Under the pieces are notes generated by a model. It saw only the letters and a list, made by a program, of their open reading frames with translations. It ran no database searches and was not told the origin of the DNA. The translations under genes and the position numbers were made by a program. A DNA stretch of 64,000 nt from Candidatus Latescibacterota bacterium (GTDB lineage: Bacteria > Latescibacterota > UBA2968), in the NCBI GenBank assembly GCA_965198115.1, contig OZ240241.1, positions 8,096,001 to 8,160,000 of the forward strand, in the 5' to 3' direction. Shown one piece after another: positions 51,872 to 61,148 of the stretch (position 1 is its first letter; the number at the start of each line of letters is the position of its first letter).

Positions 51872-52462
51872 ATGGAGATTCCGCACGACGTCAAGCCCCA
51901 TCCGGTAACCGGGGTTTACAACGCCAAGCTCGGCATCTGGCTCTTTTTGGCTTCGGAGGTGATGTTGTTCGGCGCGCTGTTCTCTTCTTACGTTCTCCTG
52001 CGTGTGGGCGCTGATTCGTGGCCGCACGGTTATGACTTGCTGAACGTGCCGCTGGCGACGCTGAACACGGCTGTCCTGATCGCCTCGTCGGTGACCGTGG
52101 TGATGGCGTGGGCGTCTTTGAAGCTGAACGAGCTGGGCAAGGCGAAGATGTATCTGTGGTTGACGGTGGCACTCGCGGCCGTCTTCCTGATCGTCAAGTT
52201 CTTCGAATACGGCGCGAAGTTCGAGCACCACATTACGCCGGCGACGGACAATTTCTACGCGACCTACTTCACGATCACCGGGCTTCACGGGCTCCACGTG
52301 CTTGGTGGGGTTATCGCCTTCCTGATCCTCATTTTCAGGGGTGATGGGATGTGGAAAGACGACTCGGAACACTACACGAATCGCGTCGAATGCTGCGGTC
52401 TCTACTGGCATTTCGTCGATCTGGTCTGGATCTTCCTTTTCCCGACGCTCTACTTGCTGTGA
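51872..52462 (+). CDS. coxC: Cytochrome c oxidase subunit III
   Basis: FLASEVMLFG, TGLHGLHV and YWHFVDLVW. Confidence 0.95.
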   Translation: MEIPHDVKPHPVTGVYNAKLGIWLFLASEVMLFGALFSSYVLLRVGADSWPHGYDLLNVPLATLNTAVLIASSVTVVMAWASLKLNELGKAKMYLWLTVALAAVFLIVKFFEYGAKFEHHITPATDNFYATYFTITGLHGLHVLGGVIAFLILIFRGDGMWKDDSEHYTNRVECCGLYWHFVDLVWIFLFPTLYLL

Positions 52463-52470
52463 GGTCATAG

Positions 52471-52773
52471 ATGGCTGAAAGCGCTGAAGAAATCAGACAC
52501 CACGTCTCGGTCTACCTTAAGGTGTTTCTTGCCCTGTTCGTTTTGACGGGCGTGACGGTCGCTGCCTCGTACATGCACCTGGACTCGATCGCGATGACGG
52601 TGACGATCGCCCTGTTCATCGCGTCGATCAAGGGGGCTCTGGTCGCGTGCTACTTCATGCACCTGATCGATGAGCGGTCGATCATCTACTGGATCCTGCT
52701 GCTCACGCTCGCTTTCTTCATCTTCCTCATGTTCGTGCCGTTGCTGACGAACGTGAACTCCGTCGGGGTCTGA
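52471..52773 (+). CDS. Cytochrome c oxidase subunit IV family protein
   Basis: YLKVFLALFVLT..KGALVACYFMHL. Confidence 0.88.
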   Translation: MAESAEEIRHHVSVYLKVFLALFVLTGVTVAASYMHLDSIAMTVTIALFIASIKGALVACYFMHLIDERSIIYWILLLTLAFFIFLMFVPLLTNVNSVGV

Positions 52774-52775
52774 CG

Positions 52776-52982
52776 GTGGGGCTCAAAGCCTTTCACATTG
52801 CCTTCGTCTCCGTCGCCAGTCTGTTTTCGCTCGGGTTCGGTCTCTGGACGATGCAGATGTTCCTGGACTGGGGCGACGGAATGATGCTGGCCCTCTGTCT
52901 GTTTTCGTTCGGATGCTTTGCCGCCTTGATTGCTTACGGAATCTGGTTCTATCGCAAGGTCAAGGGCTGGAGCTACCTCTGA
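52776..52982 (+). CDS. Small membrane protein
   Basis: Two TM segments, tightly packed in the operon. Confidence 0.7.
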   Translation: MGLKAFHIAFVSVASLFSLGFGLWTMQMFLDWGDGMMLALCLFSFGCFAALIAYGIWFYRKVKGWSYL

Positions 52983-53254
52983 TGAACCGCTGGCTGGTAC
53001 GGGTTTCAGCGTTCTGCGTCTGTCTGGTCTCGGCGACCGAGGTCTACGCCTGCGCGGTCTGTTACGGCGATCCGGACTCGGCCATGGTCAAAGGGGCCGA
53101 GGCCGGCATTCTCGTTCTGTTGGGCGTGATCGGTACGCTACTGCTGTCGATCATAGGGATGATCGTGTTCTGGGCCCGCCGGGCGAAACGGTTGTCCGAG
53201 ACCGAGAATGCCCTGCCCTTCCCCGCGACGGGACGTCCCCTCACGTCGCCGTAA
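52982..53254 (+). CDS. Small CxxC membrane protein
   Basis: Signal-like N-terminus, ACAVCYG, one TM; TGATG overlap with the upstream gene. Confidence 0.7.
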   Translation: MNRWLVRVSAFCVCLVSATEVYACAVCYGDPDSAMVKGAEAGILVLLGVIGTLLLSIIGMIVFWARRAKRLSETENALPFPATGRPLTSP

Positions 53255-54250
53255 ATGTTCCGTCCCGGGTTGCACCGATTCGCGTGGTTCACGGCGGTTA
53301 GCACCTTTGTCCTGATCGTCGCGGGGGGCCTCGTCACGAGCACGGGTTCCGGTCTGGCCGTTCCCGATTGGCCGCTTTCGTATGGAAGTCTGATGCCGCC
53401 CATGGTGGGCGGCATTTTCTATGAGCACGGCCACCGGATGATCGCGAGTTTCGTCGGATTCCTGACGATCGCTCTTACGGTCTGGACGTGGCGTGTCGAA
53501 GTTCCTACCTGGGTGCGCCGGCTGTCGCTCGCTGCGCTCGTCGCCGTCGTCCTACAGGGCCTGCTCGGCGGTCTGACCGTGATCTACCTGCTTCCGACAC
53601 CGGTCTCGGTGTTGCACGCCTGCCTGGCACAGACGTTCTTCTGTATGACGATCGTGCTCGCCCTGGCACTCGGCCGCGAAGGCCGTCGTCCCACGCTGGA
53701 GGAGTCGACGGCGCTCGAACAGGCCCGGACGCCGGCACTCGTGCTGTTCGGCGTGGTCTACGTCCAGCTGATCATTGGGGCGCTCGTACGACACACCGAA
53801 TCGGGACTTGCGATTCCTGACTTCCCACTCGTCTTTGGACACGTCTTTCCGCCGTTTTCGGAGCTGACGACGGACCCGAACGCGCCTTTCCCGGTCGCGC
53901 TCGAGGTGGTCAAACAGCGGGTGCTGACCCACTACCTCCATCGCGTGTGGGCCGTCGTGGTTGCCGGCGTCGTCTTCTGGTTCGCCGTGCGGTTGATTCG
54001 CACGGCCTCACAGATTGGCGAGCTCGTGCAACTCGGGATTTCGTCGGTCGTACTGGTCATCGTGCAGATACTTTTAGGCGCCTCGATCGTATGGAGCCAG
54101 AAGGGGGTCGCCGTCACGACGGCCCACGTGGCCGTCGGTGCTACGATTCTGGCGACGTCCGTAGCGATCGTGGCCAAGAGCCGAAGCTGGACTCCGCTCT
54201 ACACATCGATGGGTGTGACGATGGTTGGAGAACCTGCTCGTGAAGCCTGA
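53255..54250 (+). CDS. ctaA: Heme A synthase (COX15/CtaA family)
   Basis: GGLVTSTGSGLAVPDWP, EHGHR, QGLLGG and LHR motifs. Confidence 0.88.
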   Translation: MFRPGLHRFAWFTAVSTFVLIVAGGLVTSTGSGLAVPDWPLSYGSLMPPMVGGIFYEHGHRMIASFVGFLTIALTVWTWRVEVPTWVRRLSLAALVAVVLQGLLGGLTVIYLLPTPVSVLHACLAQTFFCMTIVLALALGREGRRPTLEESTALEQARTPALVLFGVVYVQLIIGALVRHTESGLAIPDFPLVFGHVFPPFSELTTDPNAPFPVALEVVKQRVLTHYLHRVWAVVVAGVVFWFAVRLIRTASQIGELVQLGISSVVLVIVQILLGASIVWSQKGVAVTTAHVAVGATILATSVAIVAKSRSWTPLYTSMGVTMVGEPAREA

Positions 54251-55136
54251 TGCCGATGTTGGCGTGTTGCGTGCGTCGGGATCTTTGCTGAAGGACATTG
54301 CCGACCTGACGAAAGCGCGGATCGGCGTGTTCGTCGTGATCAGCACGCTCGTCGGTTTCGTCGCCGGTGCCGAAGGTGCTATCGATGTCCTCAGGCTCAT
54401 CCATACGCTCCTGGCGACGTTTCTAGTGGCGGCCGGGGCTTCGGCCCTGAACCAATATCTCGAATGCGACTTCGACGCACGTATGCAGAGGACGGCCGAT
54501 CGCCCACTGCCCGCCGGACGACTGCATCCTGATCAAGTCTATCTCTGCGGGCTCCTGATGCTGGGAGGTGGCATCGTCTATCTCGTGGGGTGGGTGAACT
54601 GGTTGACGGCCGGCATGGCCGCGCTGACAGGTGTTGTGTATCTGTTGCTCTACACACCGCTCAAACGGCACACGACACACAATACACTCGTTGGAGCCGT
54701 TGCGGGTGCGCTGCCCCCCGTCGGCGGATGGACCGCAGCTCGCGGCGATGTGGGGGTCGAGGCCCTCGTTCTGTTCGCCATCGTGTTCGTCTGGCAGTTT
54801 CCGCACTTCTACGCGATTGCGTGGATGTATCGCGACGATTACGCTGAGGGCGGCTACCGGATGTTATCCGTCGAAGATGAGAGTGGAGATCGCACAGCGT
54901 TCCAGATCGTCGTCTACAGCTTTCTTCTGTTGCCGCTCGGACTTCTCCCCACGTTGATGGGTATGGCGGGACCCGGCTACTTTTACGCTGCCTTCGCGCT
55001 GGGGGGCGTGTTGATCGGAGCCAGTCTTTCCTTCTTCAAAACGCGGTCCCACTCGCACGCCCGTCGTCTGATGCATACGACGCTGGTCTACTTGCCCGTA
55101 CTATGGGTGGTGATGATCGTCGATCGGCTGCCGTGA
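54240..55136 (+). CDS. ctaB: Protoheme IX farnesyltransferase
   Basis: NQYLE..DARMQRTADRPLP, YTPLKR and WQFPHF. Confidence 0.93.
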   Translation: MKPDADVGVLRASGSLLKDIADLTKARIGVFVVISTLVGFVAGAEGAIDVLRLIHTLLATFLVAAGASALNQYLECDFDARMQRTADRPLPAGRLHPDQVYLCGLLMLGGGIVYLVGWVNWLTAGMAALTGVVYLLLYTPLKRHTTHNTLVGAVAGALPPVGGWTAARGDVGVEALVLFAIVFVWQFPHFYAIAWMYRDDYAEGGYRMLSVEDESGDRTAFQIVVYSFLLLPLGLLPTLMGMAGPGYFYAAFALGGVLIGASLSFFKTRSHSHARRLMHTTLVYLPVLWVVMIVDRLP

Positions 55137-55212
55137 GCCGCTTTTTCCGTGCGACCTTCCGAGGTGATGGGCGGTTCGCCCGTCACCTTTTCTTTTTTTG
55201 AACGAGACAACG

Positions 55213-56151
55213 ATGTCCGATGCCATTCTGACTGAGCATCTCAGCTACGCCTACGGGGACAGGCAGGCGCTGAACGACGTTCGCTTTTCGGTACGCGAGG
55301 GTGAGATCTATGGATTGCTCGGCCCGAACGGTGGTGGAAAGACGACGCTGTTCCGGATTCTGTCCACCCACCTGCGTCCCCAGTCCGGTCGGGTGCACGT
55401 TTTGGGCCACGACGTGATCCGGGAGGCTCACGCGGTACGTCGGCGGTGTGGAGTGGTGTTCCAGCATCCCGGTTTGGATCCGAAGCTTCGAGTCGTGGAG
55501 AACTTGAGACACCACGGCTGGCTTTACGGGCTGTCGGGAAGACGGTTGGAGGCACGCATCGACGCGCTTCTCTCAGCCTTCGGGCTCGGAGATCGCGGGC
55601 GGGACCTCGTCGAGTCCCTTTCGGGGGGGCTTCAGCGGCGTGTCGAGCTCGCCAAGTCGTTGATCCACGAACCCGACCTGCTCGTGTTCGACGAGCCCTC
55701 GACCGGTCTGGATCCGGGGGCTCGACTGACCTTTTGGGAAGATCTCGAACGTCTCCGGTCGGAATCCGGTGTGACCGTCGTGCTCACGACGCACTTTCTG
55801 GAAGAGGCGGACCGGTGTGATCGCATCGGGCTGATGTCCGAGGGGAACCTTGTGACGGAGGGGGCACCGGACGACCTGAGAACGCGTGTCGGTGAGGACG
55901 TCCTGTCGATCCGGGCGAGACGTGATCCGGCATCATTCTGTAAGGAGATCGAGGAGAGGCTAGGTCTGCGAGGCACCGTCGCAGGGGGCGTCGTGCGGGT
56001 CTCGGGTTCGGGATGCGTGGAACACGTCCCAGACATTTACCGCCGGTATTCGGATCAGATCAAATCTCTGACCGTGGGTAGGCCCACACTGGAGGATGTG
56101 TTCATTTCAGAGACGGGTCGCGTGTTTCGGGTGGAGGACGACGATGGCTGA
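55213..56151 (+). CDS. ABC transporter ATP-binding protein
   Basis: GPNGGGKT, LSGG, FDEP and TTH motifs. Confidence 0.92.
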   Translation: MSDAILTEHLSYAYGDRQALNDVRFSVREGEIYGLLGPNGGGKTTLFRILSTHLRPQSGRVHVLGHDVIREAHAVRRRCGVVFQHPGLDPKLRVVENLRHHGWLYGLSGRRLEARIDALLSAFGLGDRGRDLVESLSGGLQRRVELAKSLIHEPDLLVFDEPSTGLDPGARLTFWEDLERLRSESGVTVVLTTHFLEEADRCDRIGLMSEGNLVTEGAPDDLRTRVGEDVLSIRARRDPASFCKEIEERLGLRGTVAGGVVRVSGSGCVEHVPDIYRRYSDQIKSLTVGRPTLEDVFISETGRVFRVEDDDG

Positions 56152-56923
56152 TGCGGCACGTTTCTTTCTGCCATCCTACTCGCTCTGGCGACGGGAGCTT
56201 ATCCGTTTCGTTCGGGATCGGAGCCGACTCTACGGGTCGATCCTTCAGCCTGCGCTTTTGTGGATTCTGATGGGCTCGGGTCTGAGGGGGTCCTTCACGC
56301 CCGCCGATGGCGGGGATTACCTGGCCTTCATCTACCCCGGGGCGCTGATGTTGATTCTGTTGTTCACCGCGATCTTTTCGACGATCTCGGTCGTGGAAGA
56401 TCGGCGAGAGGGATTCCTGCAGGGCGTGTTGGTGTCGCCCATCAAACCTAGCAGCGTTGCCCTGGGCAAGATCGGGGGTGGCGCGACGTTGGCAGTCGGT
56501 GAGGGTTTGATCTTCCTGGTTATCGCGCCCTTCGTGGGTGTGGGTATGACCGGATGGATTCTAGTTCAGACACTGGGTGTGCTGATCGTCGTCGCAGTGG
56601 CCCTGACCGGACTCGGATTCCGAATCGCGTGGGGGATGACGTCGACCGCGGGGTTTCACGCGGTGATGAATTTGCTGCTGATGCCGATGTGGTTGCTGTC
56701 GGGCGCCTTCTTTCCGTTGACCGGGGTTCCCGTGTGGCTGGAATGGGTGATGCGTCTCAACCCGATGACGTATGCGATGGCGACGTTGCGTGCGGCCGTG
56801 GGGATGGGGCTTCCGCTGTCGGACGGGCTTCCCGAGCTGAGCGTGTGCGCGGCCCTGACCGTCGGGTTCGCCCTGACGACCGTGATCTGGTCGGCGCTGG
56901 AAGTGAGGAGACTCCGACCCTGA
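56144..56923 (+). CDS. ABC-2 type permease
   Basis: EDRREGFLQGVLVSP, LSGAFFP and NPMTY motifs. Confidence 0.9.
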   Translation: MADAARFFLPSYSLWRRELIRFVRDRSRLYGSILQPALLWILMGSGLRGSFTPADGGDYLAFIYPGALMLILLFTAIFSTISVVEDRREGFLQGVLVSPIKPSSVALGKIGGGATLAVGEGLIFLVIAPFVGVGMTGWILVQTLGVLIVVAVALTGLGFRIAWGMTSTAGFHAVMNLLLMPMWLLSGAFFPLTGVPVWLEWVMRLNPMTYAMATLRAAVGMGLPLSDGLPELSVCAALTVGFALTTVIWSALEVRRLRP

Positions 56924-57543
56924 GCTCTCGCGACCCCAGACGTACGCTCTACGCTCTCTTCGGTCTGGCTCTGGTGCTGTTCATAGTGGTGACCGGCGTG
57001 CTCTTTCATTACGAAGTGACGCGTATTCGATCGGAGAAGGCGGAGCGCGCGGACTCGAGTCGAGAGATTCCCGACTTCCGTCTCGTCGACCAGCACGGCC
57101 AGATCTTTCGACGACGCGACCTGGCCGGTCGTGTCTGGATCTTCGGACTCGTCTCGGCCAGTGCGGACGACAGGGACGGCGCGGTAGTCGGAGGTCTGAG
57201 CGATGTTATCGAGCGTGTCGCTGACATCGCCGATGTGGGTGCGGTCCTGATCAGCGTCACTCCCGAGAAGGACGAGGGGGTCCTCGGGCCATTCGTTTCG
57301 ACACTGCCGGTTCCGGAAAAGTGGGTGGCGCTGACGGGCGAGCGTGCCCGTGTCGCGGACCTGGTCCGTGTCGGGTTGGGAGGACGTGTGAGCAGAGAGG
57401 GCAGTGCGGTGCGGATCGAGCGGAGTAGCCAGGTTGCTGTGGTCGATCGGAGGGGGCGTCTGCGGGCCTCGCTCGACGCGAACGACGGGAACTTTAATGA
57501 GCAGGCGCTGACGGCTGTCAAGCACGCTCTGGCGGAGCGATGA
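56920..57543 (+). CDS. SCO1/SenC-fold protein lacking the copper ligands; start uncertain
   Basis: TM, then PDFRLVDQHG..DLAGRVW..ISVTPEKD..WVALTG..VVDRRGRLR; contains no Cys. Confidence 0.7.
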   Translation: MSSRDPRRTLYALFGLALVLFIVVTGVLFHYEVTRIRSEKAERADSSREIPDFRLVDQHGQIFRRRDLAGRVWIFGLVSASADDRDGAVVGGLSDVIERVADIADVGAVLISVTPEKDEGVLGPFVSTLPVPEKWVALTGERARVADLVRVGLGGRVSREGSAVRIERSSQVAVVDRRGRLRASLDANDGNFNEQALTAVKHALAER

Positions 57544-58925
57544 TCAGCTCTGGAGACCGTATTTGTCGAGCCGGTATCGCAGCGTGCCTCGGGTCAGTCC
57601 GAGCAGTTTGGCCGCTCGAACCTGGTTGCCGCCCGTCTGACTGAGTGCCTGCTGAATGAGATCCTTGTTGAGGTCGTCGAGGACGACACCTTCGGGCGGG
57701 AGCTGAAATGGCGACGCGTTGTCGTTGCCACTTCCTTCGGACGGTGCGGACGCCGTCTGCCTGAGGAAGCTGAGGTGTTCGAGCCGTAGCGTGTCGTCCT
57801 CCTCCAGCAGCGCGATGCGTTCGACGGCGTTCCTGAGTTCTCTGACGTTGCCCTTCCACGGGTAGTCGAGCATACGCCGCTCTGCTTCGGGCTCGATCTT
57901 GTTCATCGGGTTGAGTGACCCTGCCGAGAATTCCCTCAGAAACCGATGTATGAGGGGGACGATGTCGTCGGGCCGATCTCTGAGCGGCGGGATGTAGATC
58001 GGTGCGACGTTGAGTCGATAGAACAGGTCTTCGCGGAACTCGCCCTGCTCGGTTACCTCGCGGAGGTTTCGGTTCGTGGCTGCCACGATGGCAGGTCGAC
58101 AGAGACGCTCTTGTTGCCCCCCAGACGATAGAACGATCGCTCTTCGAGCACGCGAAGCAGTTTGATCTGGTTCTCGGGGTCGAGTTCTCCGACTTCGTCG
58201 AGGAAGAGTGTCCCGCGATCGGCCGCTTCGAACTTGCCGATCCTGGATTGCGCCGCTCCGGTGAAGGCCCCCTTTTCGTTTCCGAAGAGCTCTGACTCGA
58301 CGAGGTCCTTGGGTATCGCCCCACAGTTGATGGCGATGAAGGGGCCCTCGGCTTTGGGGCCTTTGTAATGGATCATTTGGGCAATGTGTTCCTTGCCCGT
58401 GCCGCTTTCGCCCTCGATCAGGACGGTCGTGGTATCGCTTTCTGCGATCTTTTGGGACACGCGGATGACGCGTTTGAAGGCGGCGCTTTCCGCGACGATG
58501 TTGTCGATGTCGATCCGTTCGCGCTGAGCGGTGCGCAACACGCTCACCTCGCGCTTGAGACGAACGGTTTCGACGGTCTCTGCGATCAAGAGCTGCAGCT
58601 CTTCGGTGTTGAACGGTTTGGTGATGTAATTCCGGGCCCCGGCTTTCATGGCGGCGACAGCTGTTTCGATGCTTCCTTGCGCAGTGATCATGATGGCATC
58701 GGCCTGAGGCGCATCCTTCTTGATCCTGCGAAGCACTTCTATGCCGTCGATGCCGGGGAGACCGATGTCGAGGAGAATCAGGTCGGGATCCTCCTTTTGT
58801 GCGATCTCGACGGCTTCTTCACCGTTTATCGCGAGCAGAACATCGTACGACTCGGCGGTCAGGACCTTTTCGAGCATGGTCCGGATCGACTGATCGTCGT
58901 CGACGCAGAGGATTTTGGGGGTCAT
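57544..58925 (-). CDS. sigma54-dependent response regulator (NtrC family; frameshift near 58090)
   Basis: REC domain, GESGTGKE, ESELFG, GAFTGA, LFLDE, WKGNVREL and a Fis-type HTH. Confidence 0.92.
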
Positions 58926-59033
58926 GAACGGTGCTGTGAGGTCTTCGGGGTGGTCAACGAATGAGGAGGAAGGATCCGGAACGCATCCGGCGTTTCGAAC
59001 GTTAGCGAAGGAGAATTAAGGTTTGGGCTTCTA

Positions 59034-60200
59034 GTGTCACGTCCCAGGAATAACTAGAAAAATATTCGATTCTGTCGTATGGTTCCTCAAGCACTCATTC
59101 TTGGGAGGAACCGATGGCTAGAGGTCGTCCGTTACAGCCACTGAACATCAGTGATGAGGTCCACGATCAACTCGAGTCATTGTCTCGTTCGCGTAGCATG
59201 TCTCACGCTTTGGTGCGTCGCGCGAAGATCGTCTTGATGAGCGATTGCGGTCTGACCAATCAGGAGATCGCGGAACGAGTCGGGTTGTCCGGAGCGTCTG
59301 TCGGCAAGTGGCGTCGTCGCTTCTGCGAGCAAGGCTTGATGGGACTGTATGACGAATTGCGTCCTGGAGGGCCACGGTCGGTCAGCGACGAAGAGATCTC
59401 CTCCCTCATCTACAAGACGCTCAAGAAGCAACCGAAGGGTGCCACCCACTGGGACCTGTCGTTCGATGGCCGACGAGACGGGGCTCTCCAAGTCCTCGGT
59501 TCAACGTGTATGGAAAGCTTTTGGACTGCAACCGCATCGACAGAAGCACTTCAAACTGTCGAACGATCCCTTCTTCGTCGAGAAAGTCAGGGATATCGTC
59601 GGTCTATACCTGAACCCACCGGACAACGCGATGGTGCTCTGTGTAGACGAGAAGAGCCAGATTCAAGCACTCGAACGGACACAACCGATTCTTCCTTTGG
59701 GTCTCGGATACGTCGAGGGCGTCACTCACAGCTATATCCGGAACGGCACGACCACCCTCTTTGCAGCGCTCAACATCGCATCCGGCAAAGTTCTGACTCA
59801 GTGCAAGCCCAGACACCGCAACAAAGAGTTCCTTCAGTTCCTCAAGCACATCGACAAGAACGTCCCAAAGGATCTCGACATCCATCTGGTCGTCGATAAT
59901 TACGGCACGCACAAGCACCCGAACGTCAAGCGTTGGCTCGCCTCACGGAAACGATATCACGTGCACTACACACCAACATATGCCTCCTGGCTGAACCAGG
60001 TAGAGATCTGGTTCGGTATCATCACCCAAAGAGCCATTCGACGAGGCACCTTCAGAAGCGTCAAGGACCTGATCGCCTGCATCAAGAAATTCACTGATCA
60101 CTACAACGAGAATTCTACACCCTTCGTCTGGACCGCCACGGCAGATTCAATCCTCGAGAAAGTCCATAAACTTTTGAAGCTTATACGCGGGACGTGACAC
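59034..60200 (+). mobile_element. IS630-family insertion sequence
   Basis: Perfect IRs GTGTCACGTCCC/GGGACGTGACAC; TA duplicated at 59032-59033 and 60201-60202. Confidence 0.93.
59114..60197 (+). CDS. IS630 transposase (1-nt frameshift near 59452)
   Basis: CVDEKSQIQAL, VVDNYGTHK and SWLNQVE motifs. Confidence 0.9.
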
Positions 60201-60233
60201 TAGAGTGTCAAGCCCTTTCTCCCCGTGGGTGCG

Positions 60234-60262
60234 TTGACATATTCTTCGCAAAGCACTATATT
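60234..60262 (+). promoter_or_regulatory. sigma70-type promoter
   Basis: TTGACA-N17-TATATT. Confidence 0.6.
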
Positions 60263-60299
60263 ACACGGGTTTACGACGCTCCTAAATCCCATATCCGCC

Positions 60300-61109
60300 A
60301 TGAATGATCGACTCCAAAGTGTCCTCGTGAAGCCTATGCGGCTGCCGGTCCTGCTCGTCCTGATCGGCTGTAGTCTCCTCGACCGGCAGGGGGCCCCGGA
60401 AATCATGGATGTCGTCAAGAATCCTCGAGTCGAGGAGACGATCGCGACGATTGATACGCTCCGGAATCGGGTCCTCGATCAGAACCTCCAGATGGATCGC
60501 CTGGGTCGGGGACAGGCTGTCGACCTCACCTTGTTCACGCACGATCCGGACAACGACGAGCTGGACTACCGGTGGACGGTTCGAAGGATTGACGCGGACC
60601 CGGCGGACACGACCGTTTCGAGTGGGCTTTTCGAAACCAGCGACAACGATACGCTCGTGAACCTGTTCCAGGACTCTGTGACGGTGACCTGGGTCGCCCC
60701 GGCCGATCTCGGAGAGTTTGAGCTGAAGGTCGAGGTCAGTGATGGCATCTCCGGGGAGGTCGTCACGAGCACCGTGCGACTCCGGGTCACGCAGGGTCCC
60801 CCAGTCGCATCGGCGGGTGCCGATGTCCTGGTCGCCTACGGCGACGAACTGAAGGTCGAGCTTGACGGCGTGGGGAGCGTCGATCCCGATGGCGATCCCT
60901 TGAGCTACGTGTGGGTGCAGATCGCCGGCCCGTTGCTTTCGCTCGAGGCTAGGGTGACTGCCACGCCGTCGATGGTTCGCCCGCCTCCGGCCGACTATGT
61001 CTTCGTTCTCGTCGTTCGGGACGATGGGCTCCGCCCGGAGATGGCTCTGGAGAGTATGCCCGATACGGTTCGGGTACGGATTTCGGACCGATTGGGACGC
61101 AGCGGATGA
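60300..61109 (+). CDS. Putative lipoprotein with Ig-like/PKD-type domains
   Basis: Lipobox-like LIGC; DPDNDELDYRW and PVASAG..LDG.GS.DPDGDPLSYVW motifs. Confidence 0.7.
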   Translation: MNDRLQSVLVKPMRLPVLLVLIGCSLLDRQGAPEIMDVVKNPRVEETIATIDTLRNRVLDQNLQMDRLGRGQAVDLTLFTHDPDNDELDYRWTVRRIDADPADTTVSSGLFETSDNDTLVNLFQDSVTVTWVAPADLGEFELKVEVSDGISGEVVTSTVRLRVTQGPPVASAGADVLVAYGDELKVELDGVGSVDPDGDPLSYVWVQIAGPLLSLEARVTATPSMVRPPPADYVFVLVVRDDGLRPEMALESMPDTVRVRISDRLGRSG

Positions 61110-61148
61110 CCGGTTTGGGAGCCCCGGGCTGAGGACGCCCACGTCGTC

